Positions 17,614-27,561 of a DNA stretch of 64,000 bases are shown here, in pieces. The number at the start of each line of letters is the position of its first letter. The stretch's first letter is position 1. Made by a program: the position numbers and the translations under genes. The notes below the pieces were generated by a model. That model was not told the DNA's origin, did no database searches, and saw only the letters and a program-made list of their open reading frames with translations. Source of the stretch: an uncultured Caldithrix sp. (GTDB taxonomy: Bacteria; Calditrichota; Calditrichia; RBG-13-44-9); assembly GCA_964461135.1 (NCBI GenBank), contig CAYWTB010000002.1:3585-67584 (forward strand). The letters are read 5' to 3'.

Positions 17614-17984
17614 AAGACCTCCCCAACATTTACGTCAGAATACAGGTTAATTGAATTGACCACATCTTCCAATCTGATTGCCGGCTCATACCCATCAATC
17701 TCGGATCGATCCAGGGCTAATTTCTCAGCATTTTGCAGGATCACATTATTCATCAGCTTGTGATATTCCATTAAGGCATTACAGGCAGCCATGCTGGCTC
17801 CAATCTTCCAGATATAACTGCATACTTCAAAGTCACGAATCCATTCCCGGGCTTCATTCCAGGTATCAAATTTCTGTTCAAAATACTTTCCGGGAAGATT
17901 CCATTCTTTCGTGGGCTTAATCCAATAAATTTCCCATCCATACAACTTGCCCTCAACAATCCAAACCTGAGCAGTGTACTTCAT
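17610..17984 (-). CDS. Hypothetical protein
   Basis: 124-aa ORF with a 4-nt overlap to 17173..17613. Confidence 0.55.
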   Translation of the reverse strand: MKYTAQVWIVEGKLYGWEIYWIKPTKEWNLPGKYFEQKFDTWNEAREWIRDFEVCSYIWKIGASMAACNALMEYHKLMNNVILQNAEKLALDRSEIDGYEPAIRLEDVVNSINLYSDVNVGEVL

Positions 17985-17987
17985 TTA

Positions 17988-18182
17988 TCAATCCTCCATT
18001 TCTGGAATATTTTCGATCACATCAGTTACCGTACCTCGAATGTTATTTGTTTCTAACCACCGTTCTGCTTCGGAGATATGCTTAAAGGTCTTTTCCGGAA
18101 AAGCCAGTCCACCGTATTCGTCATACAAATGACCATCCTCCATACATAACCGAAAATATGGCCACTCAAATCCACCACACAT
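17988..18182 (-). CDS. Hypothetical small protein
   Basis: 64-aa ORF in the operon. Confidence 0.5.
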   Translation of the reverse strand: MCGGFEWPYFRLCMEDGHLYDEYGGLAFPEKTFKHISEAERWLETNNIRGTVTDVIENIPEMED

Positions 18183-18186
18183 TTTC

Positions 18187-18636
18187 TTATCCTCCCGTTT
18201 GGTATTTCATCCAGAGCTTCACCGTAATCGCCGGGGCTATATACTGTTTGCCGGAACTGATTTCTTTGAGAATCACAACATTCTTAGTCTTGTTCAGATC
18301 AAGACCGATAATTTCCATCTTTTTGTCACCCTCTTGAATAATCTTGTGCAGCCAGTCCGGATCCAGATCAAAGGTTTTAGCGTGTTGCTTATAATCCGCT
18401 TCAAACTGAGTCTCGCCACTGGCATTGGTAGTCCGAAAATAAAATCCAAAACTGATCTCGGTATCGGAAAACCGTGCCGATCCGGGCTTGAATTCATACC
18501 CATATTTTTCTGCAATTTGTCGAGCCATATCATCAATTTCCCGATGCAGCTTTTTTGCTGTTTCCCGATCAAACATTTCAATTACCTCCATGACATTTTT
18601 TGTACTTTTTTCCACTACCACAAGGACATGGTTCAT
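18187..18636 (-). CDS. Hypothetical protein (start may be an internal Met near 18576-18591)
   Basis: 149-aa ORF. As drawn, its 5' end overlaps the SEC-C gene by 59 nt. Confidence 0.5.
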   Translation of the reverse strand: MNHVLVVVEKSTKNVMEVIEMFDRETAKKLHREIDDMARQIAEKYGYEFKPGSARFSDTEISFGFYFRTTNASGETQFEADYKQHAKTFDLDPDWLHKIIQEGDKKMEIIGLDLNKTKNVVILKEISSGKQYIAPAITVKLWMKYQTGG

Positions 18637-18826
18637 TCCGTCCCACGGCCTTGAATAGCTGACGATTATATAAGGAAATTACAGTTTCAAGTTTTGCTAC
18701 CCTGCCCTTCCGGTTCTGATCCCACCACTGCAGAATCTTCACTAATTCCGGGTACTTTTCGTCGATAGGTTTCAAGATTTCTTGCATTTGAACTCCTTCC
18801 TGATTCCGATCACATACGCCACACAA
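18578..18826 (-). CDS. Small protein with C-terminal SEC-C metal-binding motif
   Basis: The C-terminus is [21 protein letters not shown]. Confidence 0.65.
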   Translation of the reverse strand: MCGVCDRNQEGVQMQEILKPIDEKYPELVKILQWWDQNRKGRVAKLETVISLYNRQLFKAVGRNEPCPCGSGKKYKKCHGGN

Positions 18827-18878
18827 GTTATCAGAATCATAAATGCTTTTATCAAATCAACCACACTCAATTCGATGG

Positions 18879-19373
18879 TCAGGCTGCCTCCACCATTCCG
18901 TACCGAATGCCCATAATCCTGGCACACACCGGTCCATATCCAGTGACAATTGAGTCAGGAACCGTCAGAAGTGTACCGCAGCGACCGCAGTACCCTTCGT
19001 GGAAAATCTTGATCTGCTCGGGCAATTCATTCCGCATCAGTTTTTTCAAAACCCAAAGGAACGCCTTTACGGATGGAGCATCCTGCGAAATCCGGGCTTT
19101 CTTGGAATGGATATACTTTCGCTGATTGAACAGCGTACCGAAAAAGGAATAGTCATTCCCGTTATCTTGACCGGTCAGAACCTGGCAGAAGTGAACTTCC
19201 TGGCGAGAATAACTATCTTCCGCACCAAGCCGGGAAAGCCGGTACGTGAACCGGTTCCCGGTATCCAGGTTCTGGACAGTGAATATCGAATGCCCTGCCA
19301 AAATGAATCGCAGAGCGTCTTCGTGACCTAATTCATGCCTTTCCATGTCTTGCATCTCCTTGCAGTTTAGCAT
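18879..19373 (-). CDS. Hypothetical protein with C-terminal CxxCG...GxGPxC zinc-ribbon motif (DUF6011-like); probable start at 19346
   Basis: The C-terminal motif is CGRCGTLLTVPDSIVTGYGPVCARIMG. The first ATG lies inside the palindrome GTTTAGCATACTAAAC. AAGGAG precedes the ATG at 19346. Confidence 0.55.
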   Translation of the reverse strand: MLNCKEMQDMERHELGHEDALRFILAGHSIFTVQNLDTGNRFTYRLSRLGAEDSYSRQEVHFCQVLTGQDNGNDYSFFGTLFNQRKYIHSKKARISQDAPSVKAFLWVLKKLMRNELPEQIKIFHEGYCGRCGTLLTVPDSIVTGYGPVCARIMGIRYGMVEAA

Positions 19374-19379
19374 ACTAAA

Positions 19380-19616
19380 CTATCTGGCCAAAAATTTTTT
19401 GACTTCTTCCCAAAATAGCCGGATACTCTTTCCGAACCGCAGACCCCGAATCCTTCTTTCCATCTTCCGCAATTCACGTTCCCCGTATTCCCTTTCCAAA
19501 TAATCCGGCGCATCAAAGGGGTTGATATCATCAAGATCAACCAAATCCTGAATATTGCTATCCAGCCTTTTGCGCATTTCCCGATCAGTGCTCGTTGTCG
19601 TTTTCATCATTACCAC
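19380..19616 (-). CDS. Hypothetical small protein
   Basis: 78-aa ORF in the operon. Confidence 0.5.
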   Translation of the reverse strand: MVMMKTTTSTDREMRKRLDSNIQDLVDLDDINPFDAPDYLEREYGERELRKMERRIRGLRFGKSIRLFWEEVKKFLAR

Positions 19617-19807
19617 CCCCTTTCATAATCAGGTATCCATAACAGGCCCCAGGTATTTCCCGCTTCATCGGTGGCCGTTTTTTCAAACTTATCGAAAAAA
19701 GCGTGGGTCTCATGAACCCATTCACAATTCTCTGGCGTTTCCGGTAAACCCTTGCCATACCCTCTGCCAAGAATTAATTCATAGATCTTGCCAGCAGTCT
19801 GTTCCAC
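19610..19807 (-). CDS. Hypothetical small protein, first gene after promoter 19846-19874
   Basis: 65-aa ORF with GGAGA upstream. Confidence 0.5.
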   Translation of the reverse strand: MEQTAGKIYELILGRGYGKGLPETPENCEWVHETHAFFDKFEKTATDEAGNTWGLLWIPDYERGW

Positions 19808-19845
19808 TTCTTATCTCCTTGTTAATTAAGAGTTTATTTAATGAT

Positions 19846-19874
19846 AAATTGCATCAGGAAAAAACCATTGTCAA
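19846..19874 (-). promoter_or_regulatory. Conserved promoter cassette (family member)
   Basis: Minus strand reads TTGACA-ATGGTTTTTTCCTGATG-CAATTT. Confidence 0.5.
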
Positions 19875-19914
19875 GTAAAAAATAAAATATATTCATATCA
19901 CCTTTACAGAAGCC

Positions 19915-19933
19915 GTGTAACACTGTGTTACAC
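19915..19933. repeat. Hairpin-family copy 4 (compensatory variant)
   Basis: GTGTAACAC-t-GTGTTACAC. It lies about 40 nt upstream (minus sense) of the -35 box at 19874. Confidence 0.7.
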
Positions 19934-20090
19934 AAGCACTATTTAACACAAAGCCATCCAAAAATATTTTATTTGCTTTTATCAAATTAAATATATGTAC
20001 TACGGTCGCAACAAGCGTCTCTATAAACGTTTGGTACATAAACCCTCCCATCCAGAAGAATACTTTCGGATGGTTTTTTATTTCAACAAT

Positions 20091-20114
20091 AAAAAAGCCC
20101 CAACGAATTGGGGC
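20091..20114 (-). terminator. Rho-independent terminator (minus strand)
   Basis: Minus strand reads GCCCCAATTCGTTGGGGC followed by TTTTTT. A near-identical copy lies at 24161-24185. Confidence 0.6.
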
Positions 20115-20696
20115 TTAAAATTCATTGAATATTCCTTCTGATTTGTTTATATGAAATGCCAACCCTTAAATGTAAGTAACAAAAATAAAAAGATAGCTAT
20201 CAAACGACAACTGTCTATTCAACGTCAATTATTTTTCTTTTCAGAAATTTAATTGTCACCAGTCAATTATCTATAATCATCTTAAAATTAACCTTCTCTG
20301 TTAATATTAGCGGACAGTAAGAAAACACAATTTCCATCAATGCGGCGAGAACCGGCACTTGAATTTCTCACTGCCCGTACTTATAAATAATTGGAAATGA
20401 TTTCCTGCTTGTAGAGCTCAATCACAGATATGAAGATAGAATTATAAGGCACGTCCCTGTGCCCGTCCTGTCATTTTTCAACCGGAGGAGGCCAGCTCTT
20501 CCATTTTGTTGAGCCAGTGCCCGGTACGTTGGAGTGTGCAAAGTTTTTGATACAGAGGAGTGTTATCTTTTTTATGGTAAATAATATTTGCCTATCCCCC
20601 CATCTCACCGATCACGGCGAGAATCTCCTGATAGTTTTTCTGATAGGCCTCACGGATTTCCCGCCGTGTCATCATTTTTCTATTCAGACCGGTGAT

Positions 20697-21116
20697 TTAT
20701 TTTTTATTCTTATTTTTCTTTTTAGCCTGTCCCGGGGGATATTTTTTCTGGTGCTCTTTGTAGTACAGATACGGTTTATCCGTCTCCAGTTCCAGGGTGA
20801 CCAATTCCCCCAGTTTTACTCTCAAGCCTGAGGGTAATTCGGCACTTACCCTCCAGTTATCACCGGAAAGATAAAAGTAGAGTTTACGGTTAATGTCAAA
20901 ATAAACCGCACAGGCCGGATAATAATGATACCGGTATTTCGCCCGATACCCGTGGGCAGGTGCATGAGGAGGCGGGCCTTTTTTATCGGGAGGCAGCTGA
21001 CTCCATTTTGCATGACCCGGGGAACCTGATTCAATACCGCCGCGGGTTGAGCTGCAGGACGTTATAAACAGAAGAATTACCGAAAAAATGAAAAACCGAA
21101 ACAAATAAATCACCAT
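20697..21116 (-). CDS. Putative lipoprotein
   Basis: Signal peptide with lipobox LLFITSC. The mature part is Pro/Tyr-rich and the tail is Lys-rich. Confidence 0.55.
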   Translation of the reverse strand: MVIYLFRFFIFSVILLFITSCSSTRGGIESGSPGHAKWSQLPPDKKGPPPHAPAHGYRAKYRYHYYPACAVYFDINRKLYFYLSGDNWRVSAELPSGLRVKLGELVTLELETDKPYLYYKEHQKKYPPGQAKKKNKNKK

Positions 21117-21422
21117 GACCTCTTTATCCTTTTAGTCATTATCTCCTGTTTATATTATCGGCGGGATTTAAACTCACTTAACAAATGTTCCAGGGTTAAA
21201 AAGGCTTGGAATAATTTATCTGGTTATACAAAGCACAAAAGCTTTGAGAATAATATTATTCCAGAAATACTTTAAACGAAAAAGAGGAAATTTAAAACAC
21301 CTTAAAAAATTCATTTAATCTTCATTATTTACTCTCAGATTAAAATTCGGGATTGAATTTAAAGGTATGATTAAAAATAGATTTTCGGTTTAAAAAAACA
21401 GCATCTCCCTGGAGTACACAAT

Positions 21423-22382
21423 TTGAGAGTATTTCTGGCCGGCAGCACAGGCGTTATTGGTAAGAGCCTCCTACCGCTTTTATTGGAGAAAGGCCATGAG
21501 GTGTTCGCCCTTATTCACACACCTCAGAAAGCTAAAGCAGTTGAGGAACTTGGGGCCAGGACCGTTATTGCTGATGCCCTGAACAGGAATGAGTTGACAG
21601 AAGCCATCAGGAAAACGGAACCGGAGGTTATCATCCATGAACTCACCGCACTATCCACAGTTACCGGTAGTTTCAGAAAATTTGACCAGGAATTCGCCTT
21701 GACCAATCGCTTTCGCACCGAGGTTACCGACACCATGCTTGCAGCGGCAGGTGCGGTAGGAGTACGCCGATTTATTGCCCAGAGCTTCTGTGGCTGGCCT
21801 TATGCCCGTGAAGGCTGGATAGTTAAAACCGAAGACGATCCACTCGACACCAATCCTCCTGCCAGTTTCAGAAAAACCCTGGAGGCAATACGGTATTTGG
21901 AGAATGCTATAAGCCGGGCAGAAAACATCGAGGCATTAGCACTGCGATACGGACTGTTGTATGGGCCGGGTACCGGTATTGCTAAAGATAGTGCAATTGT
22001 CACGCAGGTTCGTAATCGTAGAATACCCATTATCGGCGACGGAGCAGGCGTGTGGTCTTTCATCCATGTGGACGATGCGGCCCAGGCAACCTTGGCTGCC
22101 ATCTCCCGGGGTAATCCGGGAATTTATAATATCGTGGACGATGTGCCGGCACCGGTCTCAACCTGGCTTCCGTACATGGCGCAAATCCTGGGTTCCAAGC
22201 CACCTTACCACCTGTCAGTATGGCTTGGCAGGCTCCTGATCGGTGAAGGTGGTGTAACAATGATGACGCAGATTCGAGGCGGTTCTAATATCAAAGCAAA
22301 ACGTGAACTGGAATGGCAACTTGTTTACCCAAACTGGCGGAATGGTTTCAAAATGGAGTTGACAGAGAATACCATAAAATAG
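21423..22382 (+). CDS. NAD(P)-dependent epimerase/dehydratase (extended SDR)
   Basis: N-terminal Rossmann motif VFLAGSTGVIGKSLL. Length is 319 aa. It uses a TTG start. Confidence 0.8.
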   Translation: MRVFLAGSTGVIGKSLLPLLLEKGHEVFALIHTPQKAKAVEELGARTVIADALNRNELTEAIRKTEPEVIIHELTALSTVTGSFRKFDQEFALTNRFRTEVTDTMLAAAGAVGVRRFIAQSFCGWPYAREGWIVKTEDDPLDTNPPASFRKTLEAIRYLENAISRAENIEALALRYGLLYGPGTGIAKDSAIVTQVRNRRIPIIGDGAGVWSFIHVDDAAQATLAAISRGNPGIYNIVDDVPAPVSTWLPYMAQILGSKPPYHLSVWLGRLLIGEGGVTMMTQIRGGSNIKAKRELEWQLVYPNWRNGFKMELTENTIK

Positions 22383-22714
22383 ATTATGTAAAAAAAGACG
22401 AATTATTTTTTACGGGCAGTGCAGCGTATAGTTTTAATACACACCTTATGTGTAAGATTCTGGCAGGTCGACAAACCAGATTCCTACAACGCATTGAATT
22501 AATTGACTTAAAAATAGTAGTGAAAAATTCACTATTGAATATTAAAATCCAGTAAAGTAAATTCATTCAGAGCTCCTTAGTCTAGCTCCAATATGATAAT
22601 GAATTAAAAAAATAAAATAGATCAATAAACAAATCATCCACAGGACTACTTTAATTATTTTTCTATATAAATTATAAAATTAGGTCTAACAAACTTTAGC
22701 CAGAGAAAAATATC

Positions 22715-23086
22715 ATGCAAGTCGCTGGCAAATGGCCTCGTATTCTGGTTATTGTCGGATTTGTCCTGATGCTGATCGGCATCCTTGATCCTCTGGAAGG
22801 ATCCCTGGTCATCCTCCCTGGGACCGGCCTGGTGGCACTTGGAGCACTGCTCAGAAACAGCCCGTCCAGAATTTTGATCTCCTGGGCATTTTGGCTGGTT
22901 TTGTTTGGTATTGGTGCCATGTGGGGATTGAGTGCGATCGGGGGGATTGGCGGAGAGACCGGCCGCTCGCACTGGTGGGGACTAACCATTCTACCCTATC
23001 CAATCGGTTGGATTATGGGTTTTGTGGGTGCCATCCGTATATTTCGGGAACATTCCCGGTATGTAAGACCACATGCTGTGCAATAG
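22715..23086 (+). CDS. Small integral membrane protein
   Basis: 123 aa with three or four hydrophobic helices (ILVIVGFVLMLIGIL, LVLFGIGAMWGL, ILPYPIGWIMGFVGAI). Confidence 0.5.
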   Translation: MQVAGKWPRILVIVGFVLMLIGILDPLEGSLVILPGTGLVALGALLRNSPSRILISWAFWLVLFGIGAMWGLSAIGGIGGETGRSHWWGLTILPYPIGWIMGFVGAIRIFREHSRYVRPHAVQ

Positions 23087-23295
23087 CCAACAGATAGAAT
23101 GCTTTGTACACAGCTTTTAGGGAATTGTAGCTGCAAATGTCTGATTTTTAATTTATTCATGTCAACAACAACATAAAATTCTATCTAATTTTCCAATTGT
23201 TTTTAAATCTTTGATTCGCTAAACTGTTGACGTCAGCCGATCCCTCCCTTAAATCCCACCTCCCTATTAAAATAGTTTACTAAATGGCTGACATG

Positions 23296-23325
23296 AAAAA
23301 GCCCCGCTTATATTCGAGTGGGGCT
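23296..23325 (-). terminator. Rho-independent terminator (minus strand)
   Basis: Minus strand reads AGCCCCAC-tcgaatata-AGCGGGGCT followed by TTTTT. Confidence 0.6.
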
Positions 23326-23375
23326 TATATTTATTATAAAATTTTTTGTTAATTTAAAAGACATAGAGCTTTTCA

Positions 23376-23392
23376 TGTGTCACAGTGACACA
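23376..23392. repeat. Hairpin-family copy 5 (variant)
   Basis: TGTGTCAC-a-GTGACACA. It is preceded by a 37-nt arm shared with copy 6 (aaattttttgt.a.tttaaa.ga.c.tagagcttttc). Confidence 0.7.
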
Positions 23393-23424
23393 CGAAGTCA
23401 TTTCAATAAATTTTCTTTAAAACT

Positions 23425-23910
23425 TTAATATTCCTCATAATGACAAAAAAACTGAATATCATGAATCTTCACAAAACCTTGGTTGGCTTCCAGTGCCCTT
23501 GTGGTATGCGGTTTTGCGACCTTAACCGTTTCATAAATAACATTCTCTCTATGAACCGGATCCCTTATTACATGAGAATTGCTGAAATGCCAGCCCAGCC
23601 ATTTCATAATAGTCTTATTAGCACAACGAATCTTTGTTTGGCCTTTATCTTCCAGAACATGAACCACGGCCACAATCGGATATCCCTGATACTTATGAAT
23701 AATATCAGTTTCTTGTGGTTCCGGATCCAACATCTGAAAGTACAGCCTGGGCATATGCCAGTTCCCCAACAAATTAAAATAACCTTTTAAAAACATGGCC
23801 TTACGATATAATATCGTACCCCTCAAATACTTTTCCAAATACTTTTGCGTATATCTATCACCATTTAACAAAGAAGTCAGTGAATTCGTCCAATCCTCTG
23901 ACGGATTCAA
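23425..23910 (-). CDS. Hypothetical 161-aa protein, enclosed by the X-hairpin and Z repeat arms
   Basis: ORF with a TTG start inside the 56-nt Z repeat homolog (23884-23957). It ends about 35 nt before hairpin copy 5. No motif was recognised. Confidence 0.5.
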   Translation of the reverse strand: MNPSEDWTNSLTSLLNGDRYTQKYLEKYLRGTILYRKAMFLKGYFNLLGNWHMPRLYFQMLDPEPQETDIIHKYQGYPIVAVVHVLEDKGQTKIRCANKTIMKWLGWHFSNSHVIRDPVHRENVIYETVKVAKPHTTRALEANQGFVKIHDIQFFCHYEEY

Positions 23911-24160
23911 TTCATAATTCTTGCCGAAAAAAGATTAAACAGCCATATATCCTGGTTTCTTATGCCAATTAATATTATCAAATTCAAACTTGGGTTCTTT
24001 TAATAAATCCAACTGAATTCAGCATACTTTTTAAATGCACTTTCATAATGATATGTTTGAACCGGCAATGTCAACACTTTTTATAAGTTTTTGGGTCGGT
24101 AACAGTCTGAAGACAAGCGGCAATATCGCTTAAATTGTATGAAAAAATCATTTAGTCGAC

Positions 24161-24185
24161 AAAAAAAGCCCCAACGAATTGGGAC
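24161..24185 (-). terminator. Rho-independent terminator (minus strand), degenerate copy of 20091-20114
   Basis: Minus strand reads GTCCCAATTCGTTGGGGC followed by TTTTTTT. Confidence 0.5.
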
Positions 24186-24279
24186 TAAATTCAATGATTA
24201 TTGTTGTCCTTGAAGATACTTTCTTTAATCACGCCACGTTAGTATCTTGGCGTTTCAGGCATAGAACATCACCCTCCTT

Positions 24280-24450
24280 TCAACTAATCATGTAATCCAC
24301 CATGGTCCAATCCGCACCTAATATTTCACTACATTCTGTTAGCTTAATTTCAATAAGATCATACAATCCAATTTGGGATTTGTACGCTTCCTCTTTCAAT
24401 TCCTCAATACGTTCATCACTAAAATCATACTGTACTTCGATCTTATTCAT
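24280..24450 (-). CDS. Unlisted 56-aa ORF (uncertain)
   Basis: My translation is MNKIEVQYDFSDERIEELKEEAYKSQIGLYDLIEIKLTECSEILGADWTMVDYMIS. It lies directly downstream of 24464..24766. Confidence 0.35.
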   Translation of the reverse strand: MNKIEVQYDFSDERIEELKEEAYKSQIGLYDLIEIKLTECSEILGADWTMVDYMIS

Positions 24451-24463
24451 TTTTCCCCACTCT

Positions 24464-24766
24464 CTATCTGTTTTGTAGCAATTTAAATTGTTTCAAATCC
24501 GGATTCACCCAGACCGGGCCGGAGAAACATTGTTTCTTGTAATCTTTATCAAATAGCCAATGGTGAATACACTCCATTAATAATTCGAGCAAATATTTTG
24601 AGTCTTTAATGAATCGATCATCAATGAATATCGAATAATTGATCACAAACTCACCTGGACCACTGTTTATGGCAATTAGTAATTCCTTTTCAAGAGCCAA
24701 TCCAAAGGCAAATTGATTACTACTTTCCACTCCAACGAAATGAACCTGTCTAAATTTAGGTTTCAT
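24464..24766 (-). CDS. Hypothetical protein
   Basis: 100-aa ORF with a 4-nt overlap to 24763..25026. Confidence 0.5.
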   Translation of the reverse strand: MKPKFRQVHFVGVESSNQFAFGLALEKELLIAINSGPGEFVINYSIFIDDRFIKDSKYLLELLMECIHHWLFDKDYKKQCFSGPVWVNPDLKQFKLLQNR

Positions 24767-25026
24767 CCTCCACTCCTATCAAATTCTTTCAAACACCTAT
24801 TAAGTTTTTGCCTAAGCTTATGGAATTGCGAATCACTAAATTCATTTTCAAAATATACAGTCCAATATTGAGCATCTTTGCTTAAAGAAATATTTGTAAT
24901 GTTTATTTTCTCCGGTTTAAAAAAGCCCTCCAATAAAGACTGCAACATATAAACCGAATCAATCTTAATATTCGGATATTTGCTTCTCTTAATTTTAAAA
25001 CCTCTGGCCTTTTCTTGATTGCTCAT
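24763..25026 (-). CDS. Hypothetical protein
   Basis: 87-aa ORF coupled to the downstream gene. Confidence 0.5.
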   Translation of the reverse strand: MSNQEKARGFKIKRSKYPNIKIDSVYMLQSLLEGFFKPEKINITNISLSKDAQYWTVYFENEFSDSQFHKLRQKLNRCLKEFDRSGG

Positions 25027-25562
25027 TTTTCTATTCTCCAGAGTTATTCCATTAAATCTAATACAATATTTATTCGTTTGAAATTATTTCAAATAAGTTC
25101 TAATATTTCTTTTCAAAATTTTTTTTCAACTGTAAAAACTTTTAATGCAAACACACCTGGGAAAGCTAATGAGACGTACGATTTCTGTTCATTTTATACG
25201 AAAGTATATCGGGATTTTTAAGTTTCGTGGTGTATAAACACTGTACTTTTCACTCCTCTCAAAAAGATTGCCTCGGATCCATCTACTTCTTTTCCAGAAA
25301 TCTTAATCCATGCTTTTAAGTATAATATCTTTGACATTCCTGATACGATGTTTACTCCAGGTAGTTAATTGCATAATATAATTAAAAATCGGTTTTCTAT
25401 TATAACGCTTGTGAGTTTTACTGATTTCTATATAATTTACCTTTTAAGATTGTTTGTAATAAAATTTCATTACATTCCTTGGTAGGATGAAATGCAGGGC
25501 TGGTATATTTTAAAAATTAATAATATATAAGATGATTTTATAATATCCGGAATTTAGGATGA

Positions 25563-26138
25563 TCACTTCTTATGAAAAGTTGTATCAAAGTGATTATCAC
25601 TTAAAATTAATTCTCCTTTTAAAAGCATCAAGTTAACACGATTACCGAGTTCCTTGAAATTGTATGAAACAGCCGTAGAAGAATCCCGCAAAGCAACAAT
25701 CTGGTTGTCTAACATCATTATTAATCCTTCCAGCGTTTTATTCACACCCGGGGTTTCCTTCCTTACCATTTTTAATACTAATTTTCTGGCAGATGACAGC
25801 TTATCATTCGCGAGGCCAATTTTTCCCAGAAAATAGCAACGATCTGAATCGTATACCAATTCCCTGACCTCAGTTAACGGAATATAATAAGCATGCAATT
25901 CAGTGAGAATACCGGCAATTGCTTCTGCGTCACTTCGAATGAGTGAGTTTCCCTTTGCATTAATTAAAAGATTGTTTGTAAGTTCTGAGGCTTTAACCAC
26001 TCTATCATCCAGGTAATGAAATGTCGTTTCTTTCAGGGCCGGTATCCACGGTTTGGTCTCTTTACGATTTAATACACTAACAGCGACTATAACTGTTAGA
26101 ACAAAAAAAACTATTAAAGCTGTAATCACCGTTTTCAT
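25563..26138 (-). CDS. Hypothetical membrane-anchored protein
   Basis: 191 aa with the N-terminal TM segment VITALIVFFVLTVIVAVSVL. It is the last gene of the kinase-TrkH operon. Confidence 0.55.
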   Translation of the reverse strand: MKTVITALIVFFVLTVIVAVSVLNRKETKPWIPALKETTFHYLDDRVVKASELTNNLLINAKGNSLIRSDAEAIAGILTELHAYYIPLTEVRELVYDSDRCYFLGKIGLANDKLSSARKLVLKMVRKETPGVNKTLEGLIMMLDNQIVALRDSSTAVSYNFKELGNRVNLMLLKGELILSDNHFDTTFHKK

Positions 26139-26160
26139 TTTTAATCTCTCCGGTTTTATT

Positions 26161-27561
26161 TTAACCGATATATAATATTCCTGCAGGATATCGAAAATCA
26201 GCTGGTTTGGGTCTACCCAAAAGAGAATAGCCCAAAGTCAACACCCCAATCCGACCAACAAACATGGTGATGATTATTAAAATTTTTCCTACGAATGATA
26301 ACTGAGATGTAATCCCGGTTGATAAACCGACGGTACCGAAAGCTGAAACCGTTTCAAATAGTATTTTAAGGAAAGAGATTCTTTCCGTTAAAATAAGTGT
26401 TAAACTAACTCCCGTAATTAGCAGAAAAGCCAGTATGGCAATTGCAAAAGATTTATCGATGGCCTCTCTGGGAATCTCCTTCTTAAAGGCATTTGTATTT
26501 ACCTGACCTTTCAGCAATCCAATGAGATGAAAGACCATCGCACCCAAAGAAGTCGTTTTGATTCCACCGCCGGTTCCCCCGGGCGAGGCGCCAATAAACA
26601 TCAGGATGATTATAATAAATAATGCATCCTGACCCAGACCTCCAATTTCCACAGTATTAAATCCGGTCGTAGAGGTGGCTGAAATTGTCTGAAAGGATAT
26701 GGCCAATATTTTTTCCTTGAGGGGGATAATTGCTGAGAGGTTGGTATCGAAAAATAAAATAAAGCAACCGAAAGTTATCAGAAAGAGAGTAATTATCGAT
26801 ACTAATTTTGAATGCATGCTTAGTTTAGCGTGTACATTATGTTTTAATTTCTTCAAAAAATATAGATTAAAATCCTGTATGACAAAAAAGCCAATACCTC
26901 CGGTAATGCAGATGATGTCAAGGAGAATGTTTAGGGAAATGTTATCTTTATATACTTCAAAACTGTTGGGGAACAAGGAAAATCCAGCAGTACAGAACGC
27001 GGAGATTGAATGAAATAATCCCAGGTAAAACGCATGGACAGCCGTATACTGTTTCAGATAAAAAAGGCTGAGCAGGACTGCCGAACCCAGCTCAAACAGA
27101 ATGGTAAACAGTATCGTCGAACCTACAAATCTTTTAATCCCCCCCAAAGTTGTCCCGGCTAAAGATTCGCGTAATAAACTTTTAATATTTAAAGATGGCT
27201 CTTTGCGAATGAGATAAGTGAATAAGGTGATCAGGATCATATATCCCAATCCCCCGATCTGAATGAGGGAGAGAATGATGAGCTGTCCTGTTAACGAATA
27301 ATAACTTCCCGTATCGACGATTATTAAGCCGGTGGTAGTTACAGCAGACGTTGCGGTAAAAAATGCATCAATCCACGGTTCATGGTGGTGCTGTTGGGAT
27401 GAAAAGGGAAATTGCAGCAATAACGCCCCGATACCTACAATTATTACAAATCCAAGGAAAATAACCTGGAAAGGAGTCAGATTTACAAATCTATTTTTGA
27501 GAAATGATATCATACTCGTTATTACCCTGCACTTTAATTGATTGATGCACCCGACCCACAT
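26161..27561 (-). CDS. TrkH/KtrB-family potassium transporter (probable start at 27513)
   Basis: Polytopic membrane protein with repeated pore-loop signatures (TATSAVTTTGL, FCTAGFS, ATSTTGFN, GASPGGTGGGIKTT, FGTVGLSTG). The track start overlaps the kinase gene; MISFLKNRF is the more likely start. Confidence 0.85.
   Translation of the reverse strand: MWVGCINQLKCRVITSMISFLKNRFVNLTPFQVIFLGFVIIVGIGALLLQFPFSSQQHHHEPWIDAFFTATSAVTTTGLIIVDTGSYYSLTGQLIILSLIQIGGLGYMILITLFTYLIRKEPSLNIKSLLRESLAGTTLGGIKRFVGSTILFTILFELGSAVLLSLFYLKQYTAVHAFYLGLFHSISAFCTAGFSLFPNSFEVYKDNISLNILLDIICITGGIGFFVIQDFNLYFLKKLKHNVHAKLSMHSKLVSIITLFLITFGCFILFFDTNLSAIIPLKEKILAISFQTISATSTTGFNTVEIGGLGQDALFIIIILMFIGASPGGTGGGIKTTSLGAMVFHLIGLLKGQVNTNAFKKEIPREAIDKSFAIAILAFLLITGVSLTLILTERISFLKILFETVSAFGTVGLSTGITSQLSFVGKILIIITMFVGRIGVLTLGYSLLGRPKPADFRYPAGILYIG

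Noticed and set aside
20517-20831. Plus-strand ORF 20517..20831 and minus-strand ORF 20846..21034
   Set aside because: They overlap the better-supported lipoprotein gene 20697..21116 or an untranslated gap. They have no motifs.
23425-23910. The 161-aa ORF as an IS200/IS605 TnpA or REP-associated (RAYT) HUH transposase acting on the hairpins
   Set aside because: No His-hydrophobic-His motif or catalytic-Tyr helix pattern is visible in the sequence. The idea stays only as an open possibility for structure-based testing.
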